The translations under genes and the position numbers were made by a program. DNA of 64,000 nucleotides from assembly GCA_965228855.1 (NCBI GenBank), contig CBDDIJ010000003.1:1696001-1760000 (forward strand), given 5' to 3'. Shown piece by piece: positions 40,394 through 50,076 of this stretch. The stretch's first letter is position 1. Each line of letters begins with the position of its first letter. The stretch is from Candidatus Obscuribacterales bacterium. Its GTDB lineage: Bacteria; Cyanobacteriota; Vampirovibrionia; Obscuribacterales; Obscuribacteraceae. A model generated the notes under the pieces. That model saw only the letters and a list, made by a program, of their open reading frames with translations. It ran no database searches and was not told the origin of the DNA.

Positions 40394-42268
40394 TTACTGA
40401 GCATCATATTTTCTCTGAAACTCGGCGAGCTTCGCTGGCATGTGAGTTTTAAGAAATTTTGTCGTTTTCTGAACGTCGTTCTTTGTTGCGGAATTATCCG
40501 GACCAAGCACCATCTTCGATACCAGCGTGGCCCTAATGTAGTGTTCGGCAGCCTCCTCGAACTTTCCTTCATGATGCAGGGCGCTACCTAGTTGCCATTC
40601 TGCCGAAGGAACAAACTCCGAGTCAGCATTCGGATAGAGCTTGTTCACGATCTCTAGCGTTTCCCTGCCGACTTTCTCAGCTTCCGAATACTGACCTAAG
40701 CCCTCCAGTGCCTGCGCCAGACGAAAGAGAGAAGTAACGGTGTAATCATGATACTTCCCAAGTACACGCTTCTTTATTGCCACAGCCTCGCGAGCATGTT
40801 CCAGACCCTGTTTAAACTGGTTTCGTTGATTGTAGATATCGCTCAACCACTCGTGAATAGAACCTCTATCAAAATCCTCGCGGTGTTGAAGATTTGCCTC
40901 CAATGCCTTGTTGAAGAATTTTATTGCAGTATCAAAATTTCCGCTTGTGCTGGAGTGTCTGGCAAAGTCCAGATATATCGCTTCTCTTTGAGCGATCGGC
41001 GCATTGTTTTTCTCTGCGGACCTGACCGCTTTCCAATAGAATGATGTAGCACTTGCAAAATTGTTGGGACCAAGAGACTTCTCGGTAGCGGCTTTGCGCG
41101 AAAGCGCTTCCCACTCATTCGGTAGGAATATGGGCCGAGCAATCGGATAGATGACAACGACGACAGCGGCAACAATTGCAAATACGATAGCAACGACTGA
41201 AATTAAAGCGAGTCTGAATACGCCGATCGATTTTTTCTGACGCCGTAAAACGGGCTTGGCCGAGGGATCTTCGATGCACTGCTTAAAGTCCTCAATTTTT
41301 TGCCAGCGGTCTTCCGGTTTCTTTTCCAAACAGCCTTGAACGGCTCGATGCAGGTTAGGAGGCCATTTGAAAGTAGAAAAATCAGGTGCGTCATTGACGT
41401 GAGACATCAAGGTCTGAAGCGCACTTTCAGACACAAAGGGCGGAAGTCCGGTTAAACATTCGAACGTCACACACCCCATTGAATAGATGTCGGAGCGTTT
41501 GTCAGCCCGCTTACCCAGGCATTGTTCAGGGCTCATGTAATTGGGAGTTCCGAAAACCTCACCGGTTTGCGTCAGATTAGCTTCCTTCTCCTCGTCGACT
41601 AATTTAGCAATACCGAAATCGACTATCTTGGCGGTTTCTTCACCGGCAGAATTTCGAGTAATGATGATATTAGCCGGCTTCAAATCGCGATGTATCACAC
41701 CGTTATCATGAGCGTGCTTCAAGCCATCACACACTTGAGTGATCAGCTTCTGCACACGTTCAACCGGAAGTTTTCCTCCAGCATTATCTATTGCATCCTG
41801 CAGCGAAATACCTTCAACGAAATCCATAACCAGGTACGGACGGTTTTGTTCGTCTTGCCCGAATTCGCGAACCGCAGCTATATTCGGATGGTTCAGGGCG
41901 GTAGCGGTTTTCGCTTCTTGCTGAAACCGCTGAATTCCTTTTGCATGAAGTTGACCACCGTGGATAAATTTGACAGCCACCACTCGGTCAAGGAGAACGT
42001 GGCGAGCCTTGTACACGGTGCTCATGCCACCACTGCCTAGTACGGATAAAATTTCGAAACGCCCCGCGATGGTGGTACCAACTAGTGCCTCTGCATCTCC
42101 AGTATCATCGGGTTCAGGGAATGAGAAGTTATCATTAGTCGCGAATGGATCAACAAAAGGGCTGACAGCAGGCGCCGGTTTTTGAACAGGACCATCGTCA
42201 ACATGATGGGGTGAGCCTTCGACGACAAACTTCAGATGTTCCTGCTGCTTAAGATCTTCGTCACTCAC
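40394..42268 (-). CDS. Membrane Hanks Ser/Thr kinase with extracytoplasmic TPRs
   Basis: GSGGMS, HRDLKPAN, DFG, YMSPEQ, TM segment LALISVVAIVFAIVAAVVVVIY and TPR-like repeats. Confidence 0.94.
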   Translation of the reverse strand: MSDEDLKQQEHLKFVVEGSPHHVDDGPVQKPAPAVSPFVDPFATNDNFSFPEPDDTGDAEALVGTTIAGRFEILSVLGSGGMSTVYKARHVLLDRVVAVKFIHGGQLHAKGIQRFQQEAKTATALNHPNIAAVREFGQDEQNRPYLVMDFVEGISLQDAIDNAGGKLPVERVQKLITQVCDGLKHAHDNGVIHRDLKPANIIITRNSAGEETAKIVDFGIAKLVDEEKEANLTQTGEVFGTPNYMSPEQCLGKRADKRSDIYSMGCVTFECLTGLPPFVSESALQTLMSHVNDAPDFSTFKWPPNLHRAVQGCLEKKPEDRWQKIEDFKQCIEDPSAKPVLRRQKKSIGVFRLALISVVAIVFAIVAAVVVVIYPIARPIFLPNEWEALSRKAATEKSLGPNNFASATSFYWKAVRSAEKNNAPIAQREAIYLDFARHSSTSGNFDTAIKFFNKALEANLQHREDFDRGSIHEWLSDIYNQRNQFKQGLEHAREAVAIKKRVLGKYHDYTVTSLFRLAQALEGLGQYSEAEKVGRETLEIVNKLYPNADSEFVPSAEWQLGSALHHEGKFEEAAEHYIRATLVSKMVLGPDNSATKNDVQKTTKFLKTHMPAKLAEFQRKYDAQ

Positions 42269-42353
42269 GATTTGGTCCTGCTCAAAAGAACTTGGTGATT
42301 CCGTGATTCCGTTCGAACTCGTGCAATCTATCTATTCTAGCGCGCGGAGAAAA

Positions 42354-44120
42354 CTAGTTGCCGCGAGACTCCAATTCTCTTAAGTGTTCGCGAGCCTTCT
42401 CTGCGCGCGGATCACTGCTCGCACAAGCGTTCAAGAACTCATGCAGATTGGAAATTGCGCCGTTTCGATCGCCGTTCTGTTCCATCGCACGGCTCAAATA
42501 GAAGCGGGCATTAGCATCCTTAGGATCTATTTTTACCGCTTCTTTATAGGACTCGACAGCCGGTCCGACATAACCCTGGACAAGTAGAATAGAACCAAGC
42601 GTGGTGCGCGCTGTCACAGATTTATTATCTAAGCGCACCGCTTCCTTAGCCTGCGCGACAGCCTGATTGGTATCACCGGCACGCAGAAGTGCTGCGCTCA
42701 ACCGTTCTCGAAACTCCGATTTTTTCGGATAAAGGTCGACCGCTTCCTGCATGTAACGAACAGCCTCGTCAATTTTTCCAGCAGCAAGCGATTTGCTCGA
42801 CAACGTTTTCAATAAAGAAACGTCCTTTGGATTGATTCTATATGCATTTAGCAATTCATCCAAGCTGGCTTGCTTGTCACCGAGTTTATCTAAAATGCGT
42901 GCATGGTTGATGCGAAACAGCTCATCAGTAGGGCGAATAGCAATGGCTTTCTTATACTGTTCCGCAGCTCCTTGCCAATCGTCCTTCATGGTCAGCGCAG
43001 CACCATAGTCCGCAAGTGCATCCGCGTATTTCGAGTCGGCGGCGATGGCGAGTTTATACTGTTCCAGCGCCTCATCCACTTTTCCATCAGCGACCAGGTT
43101 ACTCGCCTTCAGGTAAGCACCTTCTGCAGAGAGAAACGACGTGACAGAACTTGGCAGATTCGCAACGCGCTCCACCGGCGGTGTTCCGAGCACGAGCGGA
43201 GTTCCCGTCCAGTTTGATTTCATTGCAGGAACTTGCTTCTTCTTCCAGCCGGCAGCGGATGTCTCAGCTTCGGTTTTCTGACGTGCAACGGCGAACGCTT
43301 TATCCAGCGAAATCAAACCGCCCTCCTGTCGAAGCGCGCTCGTCAGATTCTTCGAAAATGCACTGCTCCATGTTATTTCGTTGGGCTGGCTCGAAGACAT
43401 GATTATAAATCCATTGCCCAATGCAACTTTGCTTATATCAAGGTTGTAGGTCTGCGTGAGTGATTTTGCTCCAGACTCGAGTTCAGCCGCACCACTATAA
43501 GCAGATTGCAAAACCAATACGATTCTATCGCTCTTAACGTTCTGCTTAAGCGTCGTCATTAAGGTCTGCATCGAAATGCAAGTTCCATAAATATTGTCCA
43601 GCGCACAGTCATAAGCGCAAAGATATGTATTTCCGTCTGTAGTGGGAAACGCGCTTGTCGCCACATAAACGACAACGAGATCGTCCGGACCAACTCCGTT
43701 TCCCAGAAAGTTCGGACCAATCGCACTCATGATGTTCTGCTTGGAAGCATTTCCATCAAGCAACAATTTCACGTGCGATTTGTCGAATCTACCACCATTG
43801 GGGTCGACCAGGTAATCACAAAACTCTTTGGCCGACTGCGCCATGTCGCTGGCTTCAGCACCGCCGGGAGATAATCGACCTTCTTTGAACTTGGAGGCGC
43901 CAATCACGACCGCCCACTTCTGCTTGACGGGTCTGTTTGTACCTTTCGCGTTGGGATTGAGATCTTGGATCTTGGTAAACTCTACACCGCGCACCGTCTT
44001 TGGTGTCTGAATTTTCTCACCCGTAATTTCATCCTCATCGGCTTGCGCGAACGCGTAACTGCCCTGAAGTGCAAACACTGCCGTCAGCATCAATCTAGAC
44101 AGCCACTGAATACGGTGCAT
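42354..44120 (-). CDS. Secreted caspase-fold (C14) plus TPR protein with substituted catalytic dyad
   Basis: Signal peptide, KWAVVIGASKF, DLVVVYVATSA (His site), IVLVLQSAYSG (Cys site), SAFSKNL, KQVP and about 7 TPRs. Confidence 0.8.
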   Translation of the reverse strand: MHRIQWLSRLMLTAVFALQGSYAFAQADEDEITGEKIQTPKTVRGVEFTKIQDLNPNAKGTNRPVKQKWAVVIGASKFKEGRLSPGGAEASDMAQSAKEFCDYLVDPNGGRFDKSHVKLLLDGNASKQNIMSAIGPNFLGNGVGPDDLVVVYVATSAFPTTDGNTYLCAYDCALDNIYGTCISMQTLMTTLKQNVKSDRIVLVLQSAYSGAAELESGAKSLTQTYNLDISKVALGNGFIIMSSSQPNEITWSSAFSKNLTSALRQEGGLISLDKAFAVARQKTEAETSAAGWKKKQVPAMKSNWTGTPLVLGTPPVERVANLPSSVTSFLSAEGAYLKASNLVADGKVDEALEQYKLAIAADSKYADALADYGAALTMKDDWQGAAEQYKKAIAIRPTDELFRINHARILDKLGDKQASLDELLNAYRINPKDVSLLKTLSSKSLAAGKIDEAVRYMQEAVDLYPKKSEFRERLSAALLRAGDTNQAVAQAKEAVRLDNKSVTARTTLGSILLVQGYVGPAVESYKEAVKIDPKDANARFYLSRAMEQNGDRNGAISNLHEFLNACASSDPRAEKAREHLRELESRGN

Positions 44121-44133
44121 TCTTAATCCTCGA

Positions 44134-45858
44134 TTACTTGCCATGGAAAAGTTCGATAGCAGCTGAAACCATTCCGCCTGCGCTTGTCGACGTCAGCCTC
44201 ACGAGGCTGCTATCGGTCGCTTTGTGGACTTGTGCCACCGCAGAAAAATCATCTGGTATCAAAGCTGGTTCGGGATCGTCCCACGACAGTTTCATACGCG
44301 TGGGGCAAAGGTCCTTGGCACCCGATTCATCTGGCGAGACGAACGCGGTGAGCGTACGATCTCTCAGAGAGTCCGGTGTCACGTCCACTTTTTCAGTGGC
44401 GAACACGAGACCAAGCTGTTCCGTCCCCGGATGTTCATCAAACTGCATCCAGCCGACGGCAGGTATCGGGTAGTCCTGCCCTTTTTTTAAATGATTCTGC
44501 GTTCCGTAGTCATTATTAGGAAACAAAACATCGCTTTTTCCGGTGGTTCCCGCCTTCATCACAAGATAGGCATAACCGTCATTTCCTGGGATGAGATGAA
44601 ACCTGATCGAATCTCCGGACTTAAATTGGGTTTTGTTATTGCAGCGATAGGTTTTTCCATCGCGATAAAGCTCAATCCAGAAGTTGATGCCTTGCGGTCC
44701 ATCAGTCGATGCGATCTTGTTTCTAAAGTCTGACGGTGCAGGCACCGCCGGCAGCGCCGCTATTTGCGCTTTGCGTCGGGACTCTTCCAGCTCCGCATCC
44801 GTAGGGAGTTTCGCTGTAGCATACTCCTCTCTGGATGCCACTACAGGCAGTTTCCCACCTGCTATGACTTTCGTATCGAGGGGGGCGACATTTCGGTCGA
44901 TCCAGGTCGTGACGAATTTCAAGTCATCCGGCTTGAATTGCCCCTTCTCAAAAATCAAGTGTTCGGAATTTTTGCTCAAAACCAGCTGCCGATTGGAGGT
45001 GTTCAAGCGCTCGAACAATTTCCATGTACCGGCGGGGCGAATAAGTTTATCGTTTGTTCCCTGCAAGAAAAGAACAGGAGTGTCTTTGACCATGGCTGCG
45101 GCGTTTAAGTTTTTCGACATGAATTCGTCAAACTGTACGAATTCTTTCGGCGCGAAGTCTGTCCTCATCAACGGATCGTTTTTCCACTCGCTGCGAAGTT
45201 CTTCGTTCAAAGAAATCTTTTGCACCGCAGACAGTGCCACATTGTCCATCTTTTTCCCGTAGCCACCAAAGATGGTGCTCAAGCCAGCCTTGAGTGCAAC
45301 CTTGGCTTCATCACCACTCATGCCGAATCTGTCGCGGGCGGGCACCGCCGCGACAAGTCCATTGATCAAGTCTGGGTAAAATGCACAAGCTCTCAATGCA
45401 ATTGCACCACCCATCGATTCGCCTAGAATAACTACCGGCACGCCTGGATGCTGCTTGCGAATGTACTCCAGTGCAGCTTTGATGTCGACAAGGCATCCGT
45501 CGAAATCCATGCTCGAGGTTTCCGCATTCGTCTTCAACTCACCGAAGCCGCGCAAGTCGATGGCATATGTGGCAATTCCGTCCTTCGCCATCTCTTTGCC
45601 AAACTCGGCATAGCAGCCTTTGTGCAAGCTGAAACCGTGAATGCACAGCAGCGCCACTTTCGGCTTATCATTGGGAAGCCACGAAACGCATTTGATGTCT
45701 TGCGGTTTCGCCGCGGGTGGACGCAAGGTTAGCGACTTTGCACCACTGTTTGCTCCGTCTGAAGACTCAGGAGCGTCTGCTTGTGCAAGAATCGGCTGAT
45801 TAAGACTAAAAACTGAAATAGCTGCAAGCGCGAGTTGTGTAGAAATTTGGATTTTCAT
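44134..45858 (-). CDS. Secreted alpha/beta hydrolase (lysophospholipase-like) fused to a DUF4384-like domain
   Basis: Signal peptide, CIHG, DLRGFG, GESMGG, GTNDKL and SEHL. C-terminal FKSGDSIRF...GYAYLV...VLFP...FDEHPGTE. Confidence 0.85.
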   Translation of the reverse strand: MKIQISTQLALAAISVFSLNQPILAQADAPESSDGANSGAKSLTLRPPAAKPQDIKCVSWLPNDKPKVALLCIHGFSLHKGCYAEFGKEMAKDGIATYAIDLRGFGELKTNAETSSMDFDGCLVDIKAALEYIRKQHPGVPVVILGESMGGAIALRACAFYPDLINGLVAAVPARDRFGMSGDEAKVALKAGLSTIFGGYGKKMDNVALSAVQKISLNEELRSEWKNDPLMRTDFAPKEFVQFDEFMSKNLNAAAMVKDTPVLFLQGTNDKLIRPAGTWKLFERLNTSNRQLVLSKNSEHLIFEKGQFKPDDLKFVTTWIDRNVAPLDTKVIAGGKLPVVASREEYATAKLPTDAELEESRRKAQIAALPAVPAPSDFRNKIASTDGPQGINFWIELYRDGKTYRCNNKTQFKSGDSIRFHLIPGNDGYAYLVMKAGTTGKSDVLFPNNDYGTQNHLKKGQDYPIPAVGWMQFDEHPGTEQLGLVFATEKVDVTPDSLRDRTLTAFVSPDESGAKDLCPTRMKLSWDDPEPALIPDDFSAVAQVHKATDSSLVRLTSTSAGGMVSAAIELFHGK

Positions 45859-46032
45859 GTCGCCCCAACTCCTGAGACCGTCGCCCAGAGCCTCCAAGCA
45901 GTCTCAAGTATACATTATAAGCGGCCTCGCTCCCGCATGTGACGAACTCGTGATTTCGCCGATAAAGTTCGTTGCCGCTTGGAAGCCTTATTGGGTATAA
46001 ACTTATAGATATTTTCTGTGGACCTTGACTAG

Positions 46033-47976
46033 ATGGCAAATTCGACGCACTCGATTGGTTTTCGCCGCTTAATGGACGCGGTCTTGAAGAACGTCAGCGA
46101 GCCTTTGCAGGCAAGGCTTTTCGATACCTGGATAGCTGGAGAGGAGACGCCCGACGCCGGACGGCAGATCGCGACAGACCTCCTCCTCATTGCCACTTCG
46201 CTGCATGTCAAGAAGCAAGGTTTGACTCACGGTCAATATGCATTCCTGGGAGATCTATACGACCATTGCCTGCACAAGGAGCCCGGAGGAACGGTCGATC
46301 AACATAAGAAACGCCTGATCGAACTGGTCACAGAAAACGAATTTTACTGGGAACCACCCATATCTTCGCTTAACTTACTGCGTGGTTATGATGCTGTTTC
46401 AAAAACAACCGTCGCGCCGATGTACAAAGACCTGTTGTTGAAGATCGTGACTGTCACATTGACTCACGTGGAAAAACCGACTGCGACAGACAATCAGATT
46501 CTGTCTGACTACGACCAACTTTGGACAGAAATAGTTACAGCCACGAGAACCCCAGCCAAAAGAGTGCATCCGGACAGTAGTCCGTTGATCGCGGATATCA
46601 ATAGAGCGGTTCTTGAACTGGTGGTTCCCGCTCGAGAAGTTATCAAGGCGGTTGATGAACTTCAGCGCATGCCGGGTTTGAAGGACACGGAAGGTTTTAT
46701 TCGTAAGAGCTTCACCAACTACTGTGCACAAGCGATTCTTGCTGACTCGCATGTAGACCAGAAAGAGCTTGAGCTGTTTTACGATCTCGCGCCGACCCTC
46801 ATGTTCTTTGGCAATCAGGGAAGTATTCAGAATTTGCAAGAGGCTTTTCAACGAGCATCGAAAAATATCGAACCTAACGAAACTCCGCTGCTCGTCAGTA
46901 TTCTCGACATGTACGACAGGTCGATGCACACCGAACTTGGTGCGCGCGCTCGCTCGTTGTATTTCAGACTTGCGAACACTGCATTCAAAGCAGACCACAC
47001 CGTCAGTGCAGACGAGCTGGTATGGCTGGAGAAATTCAAAGAAACGCTTTATCCGCACGAAACTTTAGAGCGTGTTGAAAAACTGGTTTCGGAAGACGGG
47101 ATCGAGAAACTACCTGAAAGACCGATCTTCGGCAACATATCGGTCGAACAGAGTCTTGCGGAACTAAATGCCAGTGTTGGAATGGAACGTGTTAAACAGG
47201 ATATGGCTCAGCTCGTGAATTTCATTAAAGTTCAACAGATGCGTGAGCAGAAAGGACTGCCCGGCTCGGGCGTGCCGAAACATTTTGTCTTTTGCGGTAA
47301 TCCTGGAACTGGAAAAACGTCCGTCGCTAGAATTTTGTCGAACATCTACAAAGCCCTCGGCATATTTAAAAAAGGTCAAATCGTCCAAGCCAGTCGCGCA
47401 GATTTGGTCGTAGAAGGGCATCCGGGTAAGAGTGCAGTGAAAGTCAAAGACTCTTCGTTCGCCGCAATCGGCGGCGTACTGTTCATCGACGAGGCAAATG
47501 AATTGCTGCTGGAGGGTGTTCAAGATCCACAAGGCAAAGAGGCTGTCGAGACACTAGTGAAGGCAATAGAAGATCGACCGGAAACGATTGTTGTAATTCT
47601 GGCTGGGCAGCAGGATAAGATGGAGCGATTTTTAAATTCGAATACCGCACTGAAAACCCGCTTCAACAAAGCGTTCTATTTTGACGACTACTCTCCCGAT
47701 CAGATGATCGAAATCTTTCGGTCGTTCTGCGATCGAGCCGCATTTCAGACCAGTCCCGAAGTCATGCGGCTAGTCAAATCTCTATTCGAACGGCTCCATG
47801 CCGAACGAAGCGGTGGATTCGGTAACGCCAAAGAGGTCAGGCGCATCTTCGAAAACATCATTGGCAACCAGGCAAACCGAGTTATTGCGCTTCTGCCGGT
47901 CAATGAAGAAATACTTTCGACAATTACCGAAGACGACGTACAGCCACTTCTAGCGGGTCTGAGCGTCAGGCAGTAA
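46033..47976 (+). CDS. CbbX/SpoVK/EccA-type AAA+ ATPase with long N-terminal helical (TerB-like) region
   Basis: HFVFCGNPGTGKT, GVLFIDEA, SNTALKTRF and GFGNAKEVR. N-terminal ADSHVDQKE and ADHTVSADE. Confidence 0.85.
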   Translation: MANSTHSIGFRRLMDAVLKNVSEPLQARLFDTWIAGEETPDAGRQIATDLLLIATSLHVKKQGLTHGQYAFLGDLYDHCLHKEPGGTVDQHKKRLIELVTENEFYWEPPISSLNLLRGYDAVSKTTVAPMYKDLLLKIVTVTLTHVEKPTATDNQILSDYDQLWTEIVTATRTPAKRVHPDSSPLIADINRAVLELVVPAREVIKAVDELQRMPGLKDTEGFIRKSFTNYCAQAILADSHVDQKELELFYDLAPTLMFFGNQGSIQNLQEAFQRASKNIEPNETPLLVSILDMYDRSMHTELGARARSLYFRLANTAFKADHTVSADELVWLEKFKETLYPHETLERVEKLVSEDGIEKLPERPIFGNISVEQSLAELNASVGMERVKQDMAQLVNFIKVQQMREQKGLPGSGVPKHFVFCGNPGTGKTSVARILSNIYKALGIFKKGQIVQASRADLVVEGHPGKSAVKVKDSSFAAIGGVLFIDEANELLLEGVQDPQGKEAVETLVKAIEDRPETIVVILAGQQDKMERFLNSNTALKTRFNKAFYFDDYSPDQMIEIFRSFCDRAAFQTSPEVMRLVKSLFERLHAERSGGFGNAKEVRRIFENIIGNQANRVIALLPVNEEILSTITEDDVQPLLAGLSVRQ

Positions 47977-48110
47977 AACTTGGTTTGTAGTCTGAACGCC
48001 GCCTCTCTCGAAATTTAATTGAGCAGAGATATGGGACTGCATATATGTCGCGGTCTGATCGACTATATCTGTAAGAGACGAAGCGAAAGAGAGGCGGTAC
48101 AATCGGTGCC

Positions 48111-48947
48111 ATGAGTTACAGCGCGGCACTGACCGAGACACAAATATTCAGATCGCCCCTCAGGTATCCTGGTGGGAAACAGAAAGCGATGCATCAGATC
48201 GCTCCGATGTTACCTGCCAATGCGAATGAATATCGTGAACCAATGGTCGGAGGAGGCAGCGTTTATTTTCACGCAAGAAGTGTTGGCCTTGCGAACTCTT
48301 ATTGGATCAATGACCTCTTCTCTGAACTTGTCGCGTTCTGGCGATCCACCCAGGACCAGGAAACTTGCTTGCGACTCACGCAGGAACTCGAAGCCCTGCG
48401 AGCGTCGTTCAAATCAGTAAAGGACATAAAGCGCTTTTTTCTCAAGGCTCGAAATGAGAAGGTTAGCGATGACTATCGCGCGGCTTTGCTGTTTTTCTTT
48501 TTCAACCGGGTCACTTTCTCCGGCACTACGCGCGCCGGTGGCTTCTCAGCGGCGGCAAGTCTGCAGCGATTCACGCCTTCATCCATTGAGCGTTTGCATC
48601 CGTTGCCTGCCGCATTGAAAGATACGAAAATTACTTCGCTCGATTTTGAAAGCGTTATAGACGCTCCAGGGAAGGACGTATTCATTTTCTTGGACCCACC
48701 TTATTTCACGGCGACAAGACTCTACGGTCGAAGCGGTGAGTTGCACGAATTCGATCATGCGCGCTTAGCGCAAATTTTGCGCGCAAGCAATCATCGCTTT
48801 CTTGTCACTTACGATGACTGCGAAAAGATCCGCGAGCTTTATTCTTGGGCAAATATCAAACCCTGGGCGCTGCAGTATGGAATGAATAATTGCAATCTGG
48901 CAAACACCAGCAAGATTGGTTCCGAGATTTTTATTTCAAACTACTAG
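48111..48947 (+). CDS. Dam/D12-family N6-adenine DNA methyltransferase, specificity unknown
   Basis: SPLRYPGGK, EPMVGGGSV, INDL and FIFLDPPY. Confidence 0.92.
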   Translation: MSYSAALTETQIFRSPLRYPGGKQKAMHQIAPMLPANANEYREPMVGGGSVYFHARSVGLANSYWINDLFSELVAFWRSTQDQETCLRLTQELEALRASFKSVKDIKRFFLKARNEKVSDDYRAALLFFFFNRVTFSGTTRAGGFSAAASLQRFTPSSIERLHPLPAALKDTKITSLDFESVIDAPGKDVFIFLDPPYFTATRLYGRSGELHEFDHARLAQILRASNHRFLVTYDDCEKIRELYSWANIKPWALQYGMNNCNLANTSKIGSEIFISNY

Positions 48948-48957
48948 GCTACACCGC

Positions 48958-49908
48958 CTAATGTTTGCTGATGCTCTTAATCTGCGCCATGATTGCCTGG
49001 GCTTCGTCAGTTCGTCCTTGAAAACGAAGCAAGCGCTCGTAATTAGTTAAGGTGATTAGGCAGCTGCTCGCCGTGACACCGCCTTTTTTCTGGAATGCGA
49101 TTGCTTCCTTCATTAGGGCCTCCGCGTGCTTCACATCCTCCTTGTGTATGCAGTCCGCCGCGTAGTTGTTCAAATAGATGACAAAACTCTCTTTGACCTG
49201 ATCGGAATCAGGTGCGATGGTTAGCGCGTCTCGACAATCCTGCAAACCTTCTTCGTACTTTTTCTGCGCAAATAGATCCGTCGCATTGTTACAGAGCTTG
49301 AAAGCGCGATTGAGTTTCATGTTCGCATTATTTTCAGCGTTTACCGTTTCAACTTCGGCAGCATTTTCAGCAGCATCAGCTACAGGAGGATTTTGAAGCT
49401 CTTGCAGATTTTCCCGCACGATGTCCGCATTCTCACCGGTAGGTTGAAGTTCCAGCGCTTTCATATAGGAGGTGATCGCCAGATCGTTCTGTTTTAGATT
49501 AGCCGACGATTCGCCGAGCAGCGCCCAGCCCCCGAAGAACGTGGGGGCAAGGCCTGTACAAGTTTTCGCTTCTGCTTGAGCTTCGGCATCTTTGCTCAAT
49601 TGGAGCAGAACGAAACCGTATTTGTAATGAGCGGAAGCTAGATTCGGTTCCTTATCGAGAAGTGACTTGAGAACGGTTGCAGCTTCTGAATAATTTCTCG
49701 CATCGATCAACTTCTGCGCGCTGGAGAACGCCTGACCGGCTTCGACACTAACGATATCGTCACCGATCTTGAACATCTGCTTCATTTGCACTTGCTGTTT
49801 AGCTCCACAAGGCTGAACCAGCACAGAGCCTGATAACGCAAGGAGCGCCACCATGAGCGATACCATCTTAGTGCGTCGAAGGACGACGGATTCAATTTGT
49901 TTTTTCAT
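48958..49908 (-). CDS. Secreted TPR protein
   Basis: Hydrophobic N-terminal segment and several TPR motifs (AHYKYG, GWALLGE, KALELQP). Confidence 0.8.
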   Translation of the reverse strand: MKKQIESVVLRRTKMVSLMVALLALSGSVLVQPCGAKQQVQMKQMFKIGDDIVSVEAGQAFSSAQKLIDARNYSEAATVLKSLLDKEPNLASAHYKYGFVLLQLSKDAEAQAEAKTCTGLAPTFFGGWALLGESSANLKQNDLAITSYMKALELQPTGENADIVRENLQELQNPPVADAAENAAEVETVNAENNANMKLNRAFKLCNNATDLFAQKKYEEGLQDCRDALTIAPDSDQVKESFVIYLNNYAADCIHKEDVKHAEALMKEAIAFQKKGGVTASSCLITLTNYERLLRFQGRTDEAQAIMAQIKSISKH

Positions 49909-50076
49909 AGCGACTGCTTTGCAACTATTTAGGGCCGAGGAAATTCTATCTCAACATAAGCTAGATTCGGGATTGAATAGGTTTTATAATCCGACAACGC
50001 CCAGATAAAGCGCTGGGCGTGCTTCGAACTACCTGCACAATGACTATTGAGAACGCGAAACGCGGAAAGGGTTCAA

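Noticed and set aside
28387..47976. Type VII secretion system suggested by PGRS-like proteins plus an EccA-like ATPase
   Set aside because: No PE/PPE/WXG100 domains and no EccC/FtsK or EccB/D. The giants have Sec signals, and this AAA family is widespread.
46033..47976. Rubisco activase CbbX implying carbon fixation, given the carbonic anhydrase
   Set aside because: No rbcL/S nearby, long unrelated N-terminus and a divergent pore loop.
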